A stretch of DNA of 59,809 nucleotides, counting the filler, from Sphacelaria rigidula (lineage: Eukaryota): the NCBI GenBank assembly GCA_964200075.2. It is 5 parts of 5 records of this genome, joined end to end, with 100 filler letters (N's around TTAATTAATTAA, not from the genome) between each part and the next. Parts side by side here need not be neighbours in the genome. Positions count along the whole stretch, not along the records: positions 35,948 to 47,828 come from CAXNAA020004383.1; positions 47,929 to 59,809 come from CAXNAA020004384.1; 3 more parts are not named here. One strand, written 5' to 3'. The notes below the pieces were generated by a model that was not told the origin of the DNA, searched no databases, and saw only the letters and a list, made by a program, of their open reading frames with translations. Made by a program: the position numbers and the translations under genes. Each line of letters starts with the position of its first letter. Position 1 is the first letter of the stretch. Below, piece by piece: positions 39,167-53,440 of the stretch.

Positions 39167-42100
39167 TCATCTATGCACCCGGGTATTTTGAGTCCAGAAT
39201 GTGTGCACCGGGCCGTGACCCGAATCGGCTTCCGCTGACGACCGCAGCTTCGGTTTTTTACTCGGAGCTGGGCCGCTGCGCGCCTTGGGCACCTTCCACA
39301 GCATGACCGAGTTATCTTTCCTCCCGCTTGCGAGCGCGGAACCCTCCTGGACGAAAAAATACATTATGGGCGAAGAGATTGGAAGGGACGGCAAGTGACA
39401 GGAGGAGGAGGGGGATCGGCACATCGGACACACAAGGTAGGGAGAATGCGTAATCAAAATACTGGGGAGGGGAGAGGAGGGCAGCAGCAGGTCAGACCAA
39501 CCCAACGGTCAGCCACTGGTGACTGACAGCGACAACACCACCTCCTGGAAAGGCGGCGCGTACCAACAAACAGCAGCAGCATCCCACGTCTTGTACAAAT
39601 CCCTCCGTGTGCAAGCTGCAACAGACTCAGGGCTGAGCAACGATTTCGACGTCGATGCAGATAAGAACGATTGCATCCCAAAAACAATGGCATGGAGGGG
39701 ATAGTTATCATCCAGTAATGCATACGCCGCTGCTGAATTTGTTCCAAAGGCTGCTGGGTGAGTGTATGATACGCATCACTTCTTCCTGCGTTTTTCACCA
39801 GAGTTGCCAACTTTCAAGGTAGAAAGCCGCAGATAGTTAGGGTATTCTGGAATGAATATACTGAGTCTTGCATGAATTTCGGACGCTTTCGTCAATGTGT
39901 TACATAGAAGGGTGCTGAGCAGAAAATCCCACGCGGTTTTGTTATCGCACGATCGACCCATTTCCGTATGTCGTCAATGTCCTCTGCACTCACCACGGTG
40001 AACGCGACGCTGTCGACATCAGCAGTGTGACCCGTGAGTACGTGTACCGCGTGTCCTGTCGTGATTTCCCACACTCGAATTGAGTAATCGGCAGATCCAC
40101 TGGGAATCTGTGCGCGACGCGTTTCATAAACGAAGCGAGGGGGCGTACTCATTTGATCCTTGCGTTACATTTTGTTGTTGTTGTTGGTGTCGTCGTCGTT
40201 GTTGCTGCTGCTGTCTTACCATTGAAAGCCGTTGCGATATCTGCGTAGTGCTCTGTACTGGGCATCTGATGCGACGCCTGTTTTCCGTTGTCACTGGCTA
40301 ACTACCCCAAGCTAGGGTATAAGTAAATAATACAAAATATAATCGGTCGCTACCGAAACTTTGGTCAGCGATTCCCCCACACTTTGTACTAGCTCCTATC
40401 CTTCACAATCTCAAGATATCTGCGTAGAGCGAAGCGGGGGGCGGGAGGTGTTTTCCCATCTTCATATCTCGCCAAGCATCCGTTGTGGGGTATACGGTAC
40501 GTACCACGCACCCTGTGTCAACGACTTGGAGGATGACGCACAGAGTGTCGGAGACAAGCCGCGTCTCGTCTCCACAAGCGTTACAAAAAGTGGGAATCTA
40601 CCTTGTAGATCATGGGCAAGCAATGATGTGCCCAGGAACTTGTTCATCATGAATGATGTGCGTAGGTACCACCCTCGGAAAGTGGTGAAGCCAGGACAAC
40701 TGTCGAGACACAGTGGAATGGTTGGTTGACTGTCGCGCATTGATTGATCTTCGGGAATCCAGCCACGGTCACGAGGTGGACGTCCTCGAGGCACAGCAGA
40801 CGAAGACGGAAACACCCGCTGAAAGGAAGCTCGAGACAGGGGCGCAAATTAAGATAGAGAACAACGGAAAACAGAACTAGACCAAAACTACTTGATGATC
40901 ATGAACTCTTATTTACTTTGAGGCCAATCTGATGACACGCGCGCGGCTGTCCTTGCCACTGAGACTCCTGGTATCACACGTCGTCGAACCTATGGAACGC
41001 TCATCCACAACTTGTGCATCCAAACACCACCGTAGCACACACCACACGCCTCCAGAAAGAAATAACGGGTGTGCGCGGCTGCCATGTTTCACCAACGCCA
41101 CCACCACACGTATTGACACGTACCACATGCACAAAAAACCACAGCAACCACGTTGTGGGGACGCACCCATCCGCATGATTTCGCACACTCGAGCATCAAC
41201 CACGCGCATGGGCACCTCGAACAAACAATTGGCCATACTGTGTCACGATACATCATTCTACACCAGGCTCTAATGCTGTCCGTGCTACGTACGCTATCAT
41301 TGCGTCGAATTCTCGCCAAAAGCAAGGCTGCTGGCTGCCTTGTCGCTCGAACACGCACGCTGTACGTCCGTGTACGGCATAGAATGAAATGCCACGTCGA
41401 TGAGACAGCATTATCAGTGTGTGGAAGAGATGTGTTCAAAACGCCCCAGAATCCACCACTACAATACGTAGTGCTGCAGGATTTCATATAAGAGCGGAAA
41501 TGAACTCCTCTCAACAGCAACACTGATTGGTTGGTTGATCGGTTGATTGACTGACTTACTGACTGCCTGGTTCATTGATTGATTCATTGGCTGGTTTATT
41601 GATGGATTGATCGCCGAACCCTGTTGACCGACCCCGAAGACAATCAGTCGTGCTCACAACGTTGACGTACTTGAGGCACGCAAAACGGAAACAGCCATAA
41701 TGCCTCAGCAGCACTGCCTCAGCAGCACTTGGTCTGTGCATCAGGGGTACGGGTGGCTCCATCACATGGCTACGTTCCAGTCACGTAACGCGTCAAAAAT
41801 TGAGCTGTAGCATGCGGCGGCTTCGATCGGTCCTCAAGTACGGGATGGGGCGAACGTTACGAACGCGGTTGAGACAGGGTGCCGGAATTCGGCGTACCCT
41901 CCGCCTCTAGCGTACTTGCAGTGTCGGGTACTCCAGATTATATCTACAGTATTATGGCACTTGGTACTCCAAGGCAGCGGAAGTACCAGCCGCCAAAGAC
42001 ACGCAGTATTTATTCAAGGGCACCTAGCGTATCGAGAGGAAAAACACCGAGTATTTCGGGATGTCGTCGATGCTGGGCCACGCTTATGCCCTGCCCAATC

Positions 42101-42753
42101 CTCACTGCCTTTTGGACGTTGCATAGGCACTCGCTCAATAGCTCCTTGACTATACGAGGTATGTTGAATCTTTATCGGAGGAGAGCTCGTGCATTAGCCT
42201 CAGCCCGCAGACGTTCGCGATGACGCCCGTCGATGGACTCACTAGAAAATGGCAATACTACCTTGTTATTCAAGGGGTAAGGTCGCTGAGGCAGTCGGCC
42301 AGAGAGTTACAGACTGAACGACGTACTGTGCTACGGCCTAGATCGTGTAAACCCTGCACAGCGGTCATCCGCGCATTTAGTTTTAGATCGCAGCGGCAAA
42401 GGCAGGACGAAAGCCGTATAGATCTCGTGAGAGAGCTGCACGCGAACTTTCTCGCGCCGTTTGCTTTTGCTGTTGTGATGAAGAATACCGTGGTACCAAT
42501 TCAAGACGCTGTTATTCTCTTCTTATCTTGGTCTTTACTCTATATTGTGCTTCGCAAATTGGTCGTTCCTCGCTGCTTGTCATCGGCACATTGGCACACA
42601 CTCACATGGCGGCCAGAGAGGGACACGGCAATGCAGGTGATGGCTCCCGCGTGGCCCACGAGCAGCCGCACGCATTTACCGTTCTGCATATCCCACACCC
42701 TGACGGTCTTATCCATACTCCCCGTTACCATGTAGTCACACTTGGGATGGAAT
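39167..42753 (-). pseudogene. TAF5: TAF5-like WD40 gene, 3' exons 42606-42753, 39994-40107, 39167-39346; probably degenerate
   Basis: FHPKCDYMVTGSMDKTVRVWD..CVRLLVGH; SGSADYSIRVWE..LTGHTADVDSVAF; GSALASGRKDNSVMLW. These match the last TAF5 WD repeats. Splice phases are compatible, but the stop falls before the usual C-terminal strand. Confidence 0.7.
40131..40443 (-). mobile_element. Insertion bearing the poly(C)-retroposon 3' terminus, with TSD
   Basis: cgaagcgagggggcg and cgaagcggggggcg flank ~285 bp that begins tactcatttg. Confidence 0.45.
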
Positions 42754-43071
42754 CTGATTTTGTTCGTTGAAACACGAGGGGGGCGGGGGATGGGGGGGGG
42801 GGGCGTTATGCAGAGACAACTACAGCGGACAAGTATAGCCGAAACGTGAAACTTTTCTCTGACAAAATGCACACGACGAGGGTTGGGGTGGGGAAGAATT
42901 TTCCCGAATATTTGAAACGTGCTTCAAGTAGGGTAGGGTACACAATACCCGTGAGGACTCTCGTATACTGCAAATTCTATCTGCCGATAGTCGGTCCGGC
43001 ACTGGGTAGATACCCTGGCACCCTGGAGTATACTCCGTGGCCCGTGGCGAAGGATAGATAGTTTTATCTTT

Positions 43072-45195
43072 TGTATTATTGGAGAGTGCCTTGACGGAGT
43101 CGATCCTATGACAGAGGGATCAGATGTGGAGTAAACTCAGACGGCAGAGTCGCAGTCAGGCTGAGCACGGTACTGTAGTCACACACACTTGACTATCAGT
43201 ACCCGTGCGTCAGCATAAATCTATCTGCACATGTGCATGTTCACTCAGTGTACACGTTCACATGAACACTCTCTCTGAACCGGTACATCAATCGTGGTGG
43301 CCATCTCTCTCCCTAAAAAAACAAGTTATAAGGGGGGAAACCCGGCCATTCGAGCAAAAACTCCCTCCCCTCAACAGCTTGTGCTCCATCTAGATAATCC
43401 ATGGACGCCGGTCAAGGCAGATATACGTCATGTCAGGAAACGCCCTATAAAACCCACGCCCCTCAAAGTAGTGTGAGTGGCTTAACCCAAAATGCGCAAA
43501 AATCCATCACTAAAACCTGGAATGCCCGGAGCTAGCACAAGGATACACACAAAAAACGTACCTACTTGTCACCTTCTTCCAAGTTCATACAAAAACGTCT
43601 GTGCCTCGTACACAGGTTGATCGAGAGAGGGTTCGTCAAAATATCAGCATGGTGCCATCCTGAACCTACATGCACAACCCTGATTTTTCCCGTCCCCACC
43701 AGCTCTCGAATGAAGCGATATCTTACCTCGATGTGCTTACTCCTCTCGGAACTGAGGGGATTTTTCGGCCAGAGCTCTTGCTCCCTTGTTGTCTTCGTAC
43801 AAAACAATACCTTGGTCCTCCCCGCATCCCGACACGGTCTGAGGTCGCAGGAACGTCAACACTGCCTTTAGAAACAGTCCCTCATTGGCCCCCTTGGCCA
43901 TCGCTACGTACTTTGCCTCCGTAGTTGACAAAGTCACACAGTGTTGCGTGCGGCTCGTTGCCGACACTACCACACTACCGTATATTACGGCTACCCCTGA
44001 TACCGAACGCCGATCCGTTTCCTTTTTGGCGTAGTCTGCATAGCAGTAAACTGAAAGTCCATCATATCCTTTCTTGAACGTAAGTCCGAACTCCTTCGTC
44101 TCATTGAGATACTTCAGCACTTTCACCACAGCTTCCCAGTGCCTCTCGCACGGATCATGCGACTGGCGAGCGAGCGCTCGTACTGAATTTGCGATGTCGA
44201 GTCTAGTGACTGTTGTCAGCCACATCAGCCCCCCCACTGCGTTACGGTATGGGCGATTCACCTTTGTGTCTTCGCCCGTTGTCGGCCCCAACTTTACAGA
44301 AACAGACGCAGGGATTTCCGAGTACCCCCTCACCTCAAAACGCTTTAGGAGCGTGTCCGTGAACATGGTTTGCGTCACGGACAGCGTGCCTCCATCCCAG
44401 TGTCTATCCACTGCGCACCCCATGTACCATGTGGCCTCTCCGAGATTGTTCGTGGGGAACTTTTTGTTTAGGGTTTTGCCCACCTTTCCCACGTTTTTCT
44501 CAGTACCACTGATAAAAATGTCGTCCACATGGACAACTAAAATCACATGCGTATCTCCTGCATCCTCCATCCTGGAAACACATGGGTCAGCCTCACACTG
44601 CACCATCCCGACATCCTCTAGGAAAGTTGGCACACAAGACGAGACCACTGCCTGCCCGCTTGCTTGATCCCGTGGAAAGGTTTCTCCAGCTTCACGGTCA
44701 CGTCTGTTAAAACGGAGCAACCTTCAGGCAACCTCATGTACACGTCGGTATCCATTTCTGCTTGAACGAAAGCCTGTGTCACGTCGAAATGATACAGCGG
44801 CCACTCTTCCTGAACTGCCACTGCCATGACCAGGTTGATGGAGGCCATGGAGGGCGTTGCCGCGAAAGTCTCGAAATAGTCGACTGCAAAACGTTGTCCG
44901 AACTCTCGTGCTACCAACACTGCCTTTGCCTTTGTGGTAGTACCATCTGCGTCAATTTTCCAACTGAGAGCCCACTTCGCTGAAATCACGGTTACTCCTT
45001 CCGGTACAGGGCCTGTCGAAAATGTTCCAGCCTTTTCATGACCTCCTAGTTCGGCCTGCATCGCGTCTAGCCATGCCTCTCGAAACTCTGATTTTGCTAT
45101 GTCATCCATACTGGTGGGTGCTACCTCTATTTCGCTTACATGTAGGCCAACCGGTGAACGCAAACCGAATTCAGGCTGCCCTACTCTGTTTTCCG
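43072..45195 (-). mobile_element. Ty1/copia remnant: RT-RNase H with probable PPT and 3' LTR (~43072-43456)
   Basis: W-x2-AM-x2-E, KAKAVLVAR, DVTQAFVQA, GIKQAGRQW, VHVDD, RRSVSG, STTEAKY, SKHIEVRY. Two frameshifts. gaggggcg precedes TG. Confidence 0.88.
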
Positions 45196-45619
45196 CAGCA
45201 ACAAAACAAAAAAACTCGTTTTCGGCTACTCGTTTTGGATGGAGGTGATTGCGTCATGTCCTGCCACCTGTTCTGCTGCCGCGGCGATCATCTCCATGGT
45301 CGAGCATTTGTCGTCGGCCATTCCTGCCAGCACCATCTCCGCTTCCTCTGCTCTCCTCCGCTCCACTAGCCACCAGCGTTTCGCCTCGTGTGTGTGCCGA
45401 CCCCATGGCCTCGCGCGTTTGGCTCCTCGTACGCCCCGCCCATGGTGTTGGTAACCGGTCGGCCCACGCGAGATGGCGTTGCTCGCACTGCCACGCTCAC
45501 ATCGGCATCGGATACTCCGTCGTCGCCCGCACTGTCACCCTCTTCCACGGGTCCCTTGCAAGACGGCGAGGGGGGCGGCGACGCTCCTCAACTCCTGAGG
45601 ACCGAGCAACGCCATCTTG

Positions 45620-45785
45620 CGTGGAAAACAGAGTAGGGCAGCCTGAATTCGGTTTGCGTTCACCGGTTGGCCTACATGTAAGCGAAATAGAGGCAGCACC
45701 CACCAGTATGGATGGCATAGCAAAACCAGAGTTTCGAAAGGCAGGGCTAAACGCGATGCAGGCCGAACTAGGAGGTCATGAAAAT
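45620..45785 (+). repeat. Inverted duplicate of copia segment 45033-45195
   Basis: About 160 bp reverse-complement match (..LRSPVGLHVSEIE..AMQAELGGHE). Confidence 0.9.
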
Positions 45786-47320
45786 GGTCCAGCCTTCCCT
45801 CGTTTTTCGAATGAACCCGATGTAAGCATCCCACTACGAAGTGCAGACCAAGCTGGTAACACGTGGCACCGCCGCTGAATGAAAAACAAGAATGAAAAAA
45901 ATGCACTGCATAATTTATGACCTCAACGGTGGGCGAAAAATAAAGAGATGTCGGGATTCGAACTCATGACCTCCATCATTGGAGTCTCCCATCACTTGAA
46001 TCATAGGAATGCAGCAGCGTCACGCAAACTGTTGCACGCACGGCCCAATTCGAGGCATCTTGAGCTGAAATTTCAGGAAGACCTTCTGCACCCAAGGGAA
46101 TGATACATCACGTGAGCAGCTGCGGATTCTCATTTTTCTCCTGGACGTACGCCATTATCTTGTTTTTGCTAAAATTATGAATCCCCATAAGTTCCTTATT
46201 ATTCATTTTTTTTCTTTGCTGCTTCCGTGATCTTCTGCATTTTGATAATAAAAAGCTGCTGTCAAAATTTCAGCGTCCAACTCCTAATATCACGCCCCGT
46301 GTCGCCTGAGCGAGATTCACACCGACTCTTGGCTGGCCCAGCTCGTATGACCAAAGCGTTCTGGAGCAAGGCATACGTGTACATAGGTGGATACTTTGCA
46401 ACACCCTCGGGACGCCTTCTGAAGGTAGAGACCCTGTGGCGACCCTCCACAAGGTAAATAACCCTCTTCAAGACCCTCTCGCGACCCTCTACAAGGTATA
46501 TAGAACCCCCTGTGGCGACCCTCTACACGCTCTCTACAATGTGCCGCCTTCACGTACCTACCCTGCGGCAAGAAGAGCAAAATGTCCACCTGTGCAGCGT
46601 GGAGATACAGATCGTGAAGAAGCAAGGCCGTGTAGGTATACTGATTTGATATGGTGAAGCTCATTGCTTGCTGGCGTGGAGAGCCCTCCAGCCATAGTTC
46701 GCTTCCCACGCTTCTTACGATCCAAATTGTCAACGTGAAACTACGATCAATCGTCGGTATATCTGCATATTGCTGCCTCCTGCTACCTCTGCGCCACCTG
46801 GCGAGCGAATATAGCTTGATGGAATTTGGATGCATCAAGACGAGAAGGAGATACTGTATCTTGCCCTCAGCACGTGGTCCACCCAAAAACACGAAAAAGT
46901 CGGCTGTGCAGTGCACACTACAAGAAGGATGGGAGCTGCTACCGTAGAGCTTTTACCGTGGAGAGGAGTAATAAAGCGTCGGTGATCTATGCGACCCTTG
47001 AATGCTGCACGGTTTTCTGTGAGACAGTAAGTGCTACAGCATGTGATTTCACTGCGTGCGACGTTCTTGTGCAAGCTTTCACCAACACCGAAACGGTATG
47101 AAACTTTGTTTAGACGGTAGCGATAGAACCACCCGGTTGAATTGTACAGAACTCCGACGTGACGTCAAAAACAGTGTGCGCCTGGGAGACTTTACCTCAA
47201 CAGTAAAATATGTATAATGGGGACTGGACGGAGAGATACGCCACCCGTTTGATCACACAATTAATTTCGTGTATGACGCCTTCAGGTAAGGTTCCAAATA
47301 GTGGATGCATGAAAATATAT

Positions 47321-47525
47321 CAAGGGCAGGCCAACTAGAGTCTACTCCATTGCGGGGTATTTTGAAAGTCGTACTTGAAGTACAGAAATTGAGGGTAGGG
47401 TTTCAGGGACCGATTTCCAGTGGTTTTTCGGGTACAACTCCCAACACTCTACCCTAATTTGAGTACCCCGAGTACGTCTTCCAAAATACCCTGCAATTGA
47501 GTATACTCTACTCGATTTGCCCTGG
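47321..47525. mobile_element. MITE with ~55-bp imperfect TIRs
   Basis: agggca..tagagtctactccattgcggggtattttgaaagtcgtact vs agtacgtcttccaaaataccctgcaattgagtatactcta..tgccctg, flanked by gaaa(a)tatat. Confidence 0.55.
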
Positions 47526-47669
47526 AAATATATATATATATATAAGACGCATGCATGAAGAGTTAAGAACAACGGAGTTCCTCTCTCTACTCCCCCTTCC
47601 CTTCTTCGAAATTGAACAAGTACCGAGCGTCACACTCACTTGCCATGTTTACTGCACTCGCGCGTGCAG

Positions 47670-47793
47670 TGGACCAGTTTGGGCGGTAGCCTTCAGCCAC
47701 ACCTGCTACTTCTTCGCTACCGCTGCGTCGGATGGTACGGTTCTCCTGTGGAAAACCGACTACCCTCAACCTTTGAGGATATTTGTCGGACAT
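47670..47793 (+). pseudogene. TAF5: TAF5-like WD40 exon, inverted and 3'-truncated
   Basis: GPVWAVAFSHTCYFFATAASDGTVLLWKTDYPQPLRIFVGH is the repeat immediately upstream of the 42753 exon in TAF5. Acceptor present, no donor. Confidence 0.7.
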
Positions 47794-47828
47794 CGCGACA
47801 ACTTTCGCGCAAATATCCTCAAAGGTTG

Positions 47829-47928
47829 NNNNNNNNNNNNNNNNNNNNNNNNNNNNNNNNNNNNNNNNNNNNTTAATTAATTAANNNNNNNNNNNNNNNN
47901 NNNNNNNNNNNNNNNNNNNNNNNNNNNN
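47829..47928. other. Artificial contig linker
   Basis: N run with TTAATTAATTAA. Confidence 0.97.
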
Positions 47929-49586
47929 CGTGTTTTCGAGGTATTAGGCCAGCGTGCAGCGCCGCGCCCCAAAGCGAAAAATGCGCCCTTTTTTGCTCCA
48001 AAAGCATAAGGGTGCACCCTTTTTTGTATATTGCCCTTGATTGATTGTCGCACTTTGAACCGACCCCCCGGGGATTCATATCTGTCCGGATCGAACCTCA
48101 CCCAATCGCGCTCGCTACGAAGCACGAACAAAAAAAAAGGCATAAAAATATTTAATTTTGCACCTTAAAAAAAAAAACTCGGAAAACATCGATTCGCGAC
48201 GCTGTCACCAACTGAAAGTCGCACCACACCCGTCTCCCGGATCTCATAAACCTCGACTTAAACCCAGACGCCGTTGTTGTCACTTCACCGTGGATGAACT
48301 TGCCCTTGTACCTCACTGCTTCCCCCACACTGAACTGACTCACCTGGCTCAACGCACAAGCAATCTCGCAGGTCAATCTGTTCTGAAATGGCTTCTAGAT
48401 ACTGCAACCACTGTAAACATCTGGAAAAATTCTTCCCGCTTCTGCACAAAACATCGATTCTTCCCGAACACATAGTCGAGCCTTTTTTGCGTCCATCATT
48501 TCTCCATCTTCATGGACTTTGCGGGAAATTTCACACAAAGTATCGGCTACGCGATCAAGACTCCTCAGTTTTCCTCACGCAAAGTATGGCAATACCCATC
48601 ATGCCGTACGTACTCCTACACACACAGACGCACGCGCACCGCATCTGCTTCGTGTCAATCTTTCTGTACAAGTGCTATCCGCCCAGGAAACACCACCCGA
48701 AAAACGCACCAATACCCCTCTACAAAATGTACCGTACGCTGCGATGACCAGACTTGCCCGCTTGCAAGTGGTACTCCTCCGTGTATTCCTGCCTTACTGC
48801 TGCGAATTAGACACGAAATACTGGCACCATCACCATGCTATCTTTGTAATTGCGAAAAGCGCGCGTGTATCCGCCGCGCCGACGTAATACAACCGGTGCT
48901 TTTTTTGTGCGCGCACGTCTACCACCCTCCCAGCCAGAATGTGATGGCAGTGGCCAAGGCGGATTTCTTCTCTTCTCCGAGAGAGATGACGAGAAAACCA
49001 ACTGTACCGTCATCTACAGCCTGCATTGGACCCGTTTGACGGTGCAGGAGTAACACTAGACAGCTGGGACCAACTTGACAGGCTTCGTCACCAACGGCAA
49101 ACACAAAACCATTGAGTTCTATACATGGCTGCCCTCCAAAGCGACTCCACTAGAACAGCCCCACACATATCAACATTAAAAAAATCCCAATTTGATTTAA
49201 AAATGTGCGTCACAAGTCCAGCAAGTGCTCATTTTTTTGGTCCCCTGGAAGTCGCGTGCAGCAGAGCGAAAAATGCCAAACCAGTCAAGCGAGGCGAAGT
49301 TTAACATTTCCAATTCCTCTGAGAACCGAAAACATATGACCTGGCAATTTATCGAAAAACCCGCAATTCTACTGCATGTTGCCTGCGATAAAGGCGCTGG
49401 AGTAGAGCATCCTCATTTACCGGATACGGGTAGTCACGACAGCAATGATGGCGAAAACGAATGGGTCCATATCACAGCTTAGTATCGCAGGGAAGCGGGT
49501 TGATGGACAATGGTAGAAACACAGCTTGTGCTCCCCTCTCTTCCGCTCCCTTGTCGAAAATCCATCGACCGCGATCGAGGACACGG

Positions 49587-52500
49587 TCAAACGACCTTGC
49601 CCTCTTCCAACCCTTCCGGAATGGGGTCCAGCGTGTATTTGACGCTGACGGAATTTACACAGTGTCTCTCATTTGTTGATGTCATCCTCTCGCCCTCGAA
49701 CTGAAGAGCAACGAGACAAAGGGACAGCGCCCGACAGGGTAAATCAGGCACGGCGTGCGCGTGGGAGAGGGGCGAGGTCAACACATTCACGTGTACGACT
49801 ACCTTCTGACCACGGGTGGATTATAACTCGTACCGGGGCAATTTAATTCGAGCCAATCAAATACTGTAAGCAATCGTTCAGGCAGTCTATCGCTCGATCG
49901 ATATGCGCAGCTCAGGAACTTCGAATCGCCGTTGGCGTTGCAACGCCAGAAGTGGTCCTGCTCAATGCACAGGAACAATGGGAGGGCGTGGAGGTGGGGG
50001 CTGATTGCACTGCAACACCGAAAAAACGACCATTCGGATACGTCGTGCTTTCGCAAAAACTGAACCAGAAGCTCTCAAATTCGTGAGAAACGTGGCTTGG
50101 CTGAACGACAGCAGTGCGGTCAAGCAGGTGACAACGATCGCTGTCCGACCGGTATGACTATCTTAGTACATTCCGTGACGGCACTTGCCCGTGCGAGCAG
50201 CGTTCAGTCGACGCTTGATACAACGCGAGTCTGGGGGATGATGACCTGAAAACGACAAGCAACAACACCCCGGGTTCAGTGGGCATATGGCTTTCGATAA
50301 ACGAACATCCGCTCGCCACCCGTTTAACGCGTTTGTTGTTTGGAGACCGCTGTGGAGAGCCGGATGTGGACCGAGACGAATTGATGATACCGGGTACCCA
50401 CAGTATTTCCCCGCATGTACTGTAACGTGCCGCCCACATGACAGTGCGTCATGCGGTCAAAGTTTACGGGATTCGACCACCCAAACCTCTTCGAGGCGAG
50501 GAGACATACTCACCACGTGTCCCAAGTGGCCTCCGCACGAGCTGCACATGATCTCTACTCGCCGCATACCGTGGGATGAGTCTACTTCCGTCACCACCGA
50601 CCCCTTGAAGCACTTGTCGAACGCTGGCCACCCGCAGCCGCTGGCACACAATCAAAGACGTTCGAACCACAGCGCAAAAGCGAAGCGAAGTGGATGCAGC
50701 GTTCCGAGGGTTTGTTGGGGAGTTTATGAAAAAATACGAGGCCGCACCAATTCTCAGCGAATAATCTGAAGACCGAACTATTTTTATTAGTGGCGCACAC
50801 ATGAAAATCGGGGCCACCTACCCATCAACGACATTGTGGCGGCAAATAGCATTTTACATAGTATATATGAATCGTCATACGTTAACTTGAAATACGGCAC
50901 AAGCTAGGGGTCAAGCTTTTTGTAGCATAATTTTGTGTCAACGTATGACACAACATGCACTATCCTCTTCAAACCGCTTGGCATGCGCAGACTCAGACAT
51001 TAATTTGACCATCTCGGTGACAATGACCCTCCCACAGTACAGTGACCTGGTTCCTGCTGTCACTTCTTGAGATACGATACAGCACCCGTGGTTTAATTTG
51101 CTTCCTCCCGTGTTATCAATAATACATACAAAATAGGGGTTCTGCCTTCCTTGCCTTGAAGATTAAAAAAAAAAGTGTGCCGTGAGTGTGGAAAAGGGCT
51201 ACTGACAATCGTCGACTGCAAGAAACGGTGCATGTGTACATGACCGGTGCATGTGTACATGCGTGCCGACTTGGCGTGCGATCACCACTGAAATGCACCA
51301 TGCGAGACAGGGAAAGTATCCATAATCAAAGGTGGGAAGCACCAAGGGTCTGCCAGGAGAAACGTTCTGGACACGTAGGCCCCGACATCGGAAATTTGAG
51401 TTTTTGAGGTGGGCGCCGGGGGTTGGGGGGGAGGGCGGGGACACCCAGCCTGCTATCCTCTAGTTTATAGCCGAGGCGTTGGCGGATGCGGTCAGCTGCT
51501 GTGTACACAGACCCTTGGCATGGAAACCGCCACATAAGGCCAACATTCGCCACATGGATGGCTCCAGATGAGTACATTCATAGGACCATGTTTCGTGTCG
51601 AGTCTCTCGAGTACGTACCAGCAGCCCGGGCAAGTTCGGCATGGCATAAGATAATGCTGCTACTTTGGCTACTACAGGCTGTCGCTATCGTGCGGTCTTG
51701 TACATACATGTGTATGAGCGTGGCAGGCATCTGAGATCATTGGGACAGATTGGGCAAGGAGCAGAAGCAAATGTATGAACGTCGCAAGGCAAAACAGACG
51801 TTTCGGTTCTTGTCAGTATTTCTTGATCAATTTCTCCTGCAATGTTGAACAAAAAATCACGAAAAATCTTGACAATTTTGGAAAAAATGCCCTCCCGGAG
51901 GGGGGAATGGGTACGTATCCAGAACGTTTCGCCCGGCGGACCCCTGGAAACACCCAAAAAATCGCAAATGTCTACGAATACCACGTGGCATGCTTGTGAT
52001 CACCATTGGAGTAGTTCACACCTTTTGAATTTAGCTTCCGCGCTGTAGAGCGGATGCTTGCACGCCTTGCAAGCGAAGTACCCCTCGCCCTTCTTTGGAT
52101 AGAAGCTGTCATATTCGCCTGATCCAGCCCGTTCAGTGCCCTACGATCATACCGTCCACCCACGGCACAAGAAGGAGCCAAAGGGGGGAATGTGAATCGT
52201 AGGCGCTTCGCATGCGCATCACGTAGCAAAAGAGGAGCGTTCTGATCCGGGGCACTCGCGCAGCACCAACGATGGTGCTCAGAGAGGGCAAATATCGGCG
52301 AAAATGCCCAAGGTGGGTTGAAGCACCCTTGCCGAGCTTAACCGACATATCAACAGCCACGTTTGATGCACAATGGCCATCTTTTGGAACGCATAGAGCA
52401 GTAAAAACACACGGGCACCTCGCCTTGGCCGCCTTTCATTCCCATGAAATGGTTCAACGGTCGGACGAATTAATGATTTGCCTGGAAACTACTTCATTTT

Positions 52501-53440
52501 AGTTAATTGATGCGTACCCTACGAAACAATCCTTCGAGTTTGTTTTCAGCGTTGTAACCCAGGCACGCGCAACCCAGGCACGTGGAATGTCGCGGGAAAA
52601 AAAGCGTGGAAAAATTTGTAATCGGCGGTCGACTTTTTCCCTCTCTGTCGAGCAATCAGCCCTAAGAAATCGTGGATTTGGTGATACTTGCATGAACCGG
52701 TGATGATTCGTCGGAACTGTCAAAAGGTTCAGTCGAGTGCTCGGCCGCAAGCACAGGTCTGTGAACTCGCATTTGAACAAGGGCCGCAAAAACTCCTTTC
52801 GCATCCTAAATCCCCCCCCGGGGGGTAGGGGAGTGGGAGCTACGGCTCCTGTGACAAAAAAATCGAGCCCGTCTGCCCTACCCGCTGCTTTTTCGTGAGG
52901 GGGGGTGGTATCGCGACGACAGGCCACCATGCTTTCGGAATTATTTTGGAGAGCTTCTGCTTTCGTCAAGGTGATCGCAGCAGTATTCGCTACCTTGTGC
53001 ACAGAGTGAAGTCGTCGCAAAAGCGCAAAATGCGACTTACTCAAAGCTTGAACGCGGGTTCGATATTAACCCATTCCGACCTGACGCACAGTCGGATATT
53101 TATACGCCCATGGCGCAGCAGTCGTACATGATCCAGCACGCAGCGTGACACGTGTGCATCATACGTGAACCAAAACGGGAACTTCAACTGCCCTCCGCTG
53201 AGTAATGTGTACAATAATGTGCAGTACGCGTAACCACACTGACTGTGGGTATCTACATCGTGTCTGCTTTTTGCAGGGTCCATGAAAAACAGCAGGTAAC
53301 TCTCTGTCTCGCGCGCACGAAATCCCGCAACCCACCTTGTTGCGCAGGACGCGGTAGTCTTCGGGCGACAGATCCGCCCTCCACTGCTCCTCCGTCTTCT
53401 GGACGGCGAACGTCTTGGGCACGGGAAACTTGGACGCCAT
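49587..53440 (-). CDS. msrB: Peptide methionine-R-sulfoxide reductase B; exons 53336-53440, 52022-52140, 50514-50640, 49587-49700 (154 aa)
   Basis: [65 protein letters not shown] introns in compatible phases. Confidence 0.95.

Noticed and set aside
44074-44667. 197-aa plus-strand ORF
   Set aside because: Antisense shadow of the copia RT.
49587-53440. Selenoprotein MsrB
   Set aside because: The catalytic codon is TGT (RHCVNS) and there is no in-frame TGA.
39167-53440. Functional clustering of the TAF5-like gene and msrB (or PRCP)
   Set aside because: They are on different, artificially joined contigs.
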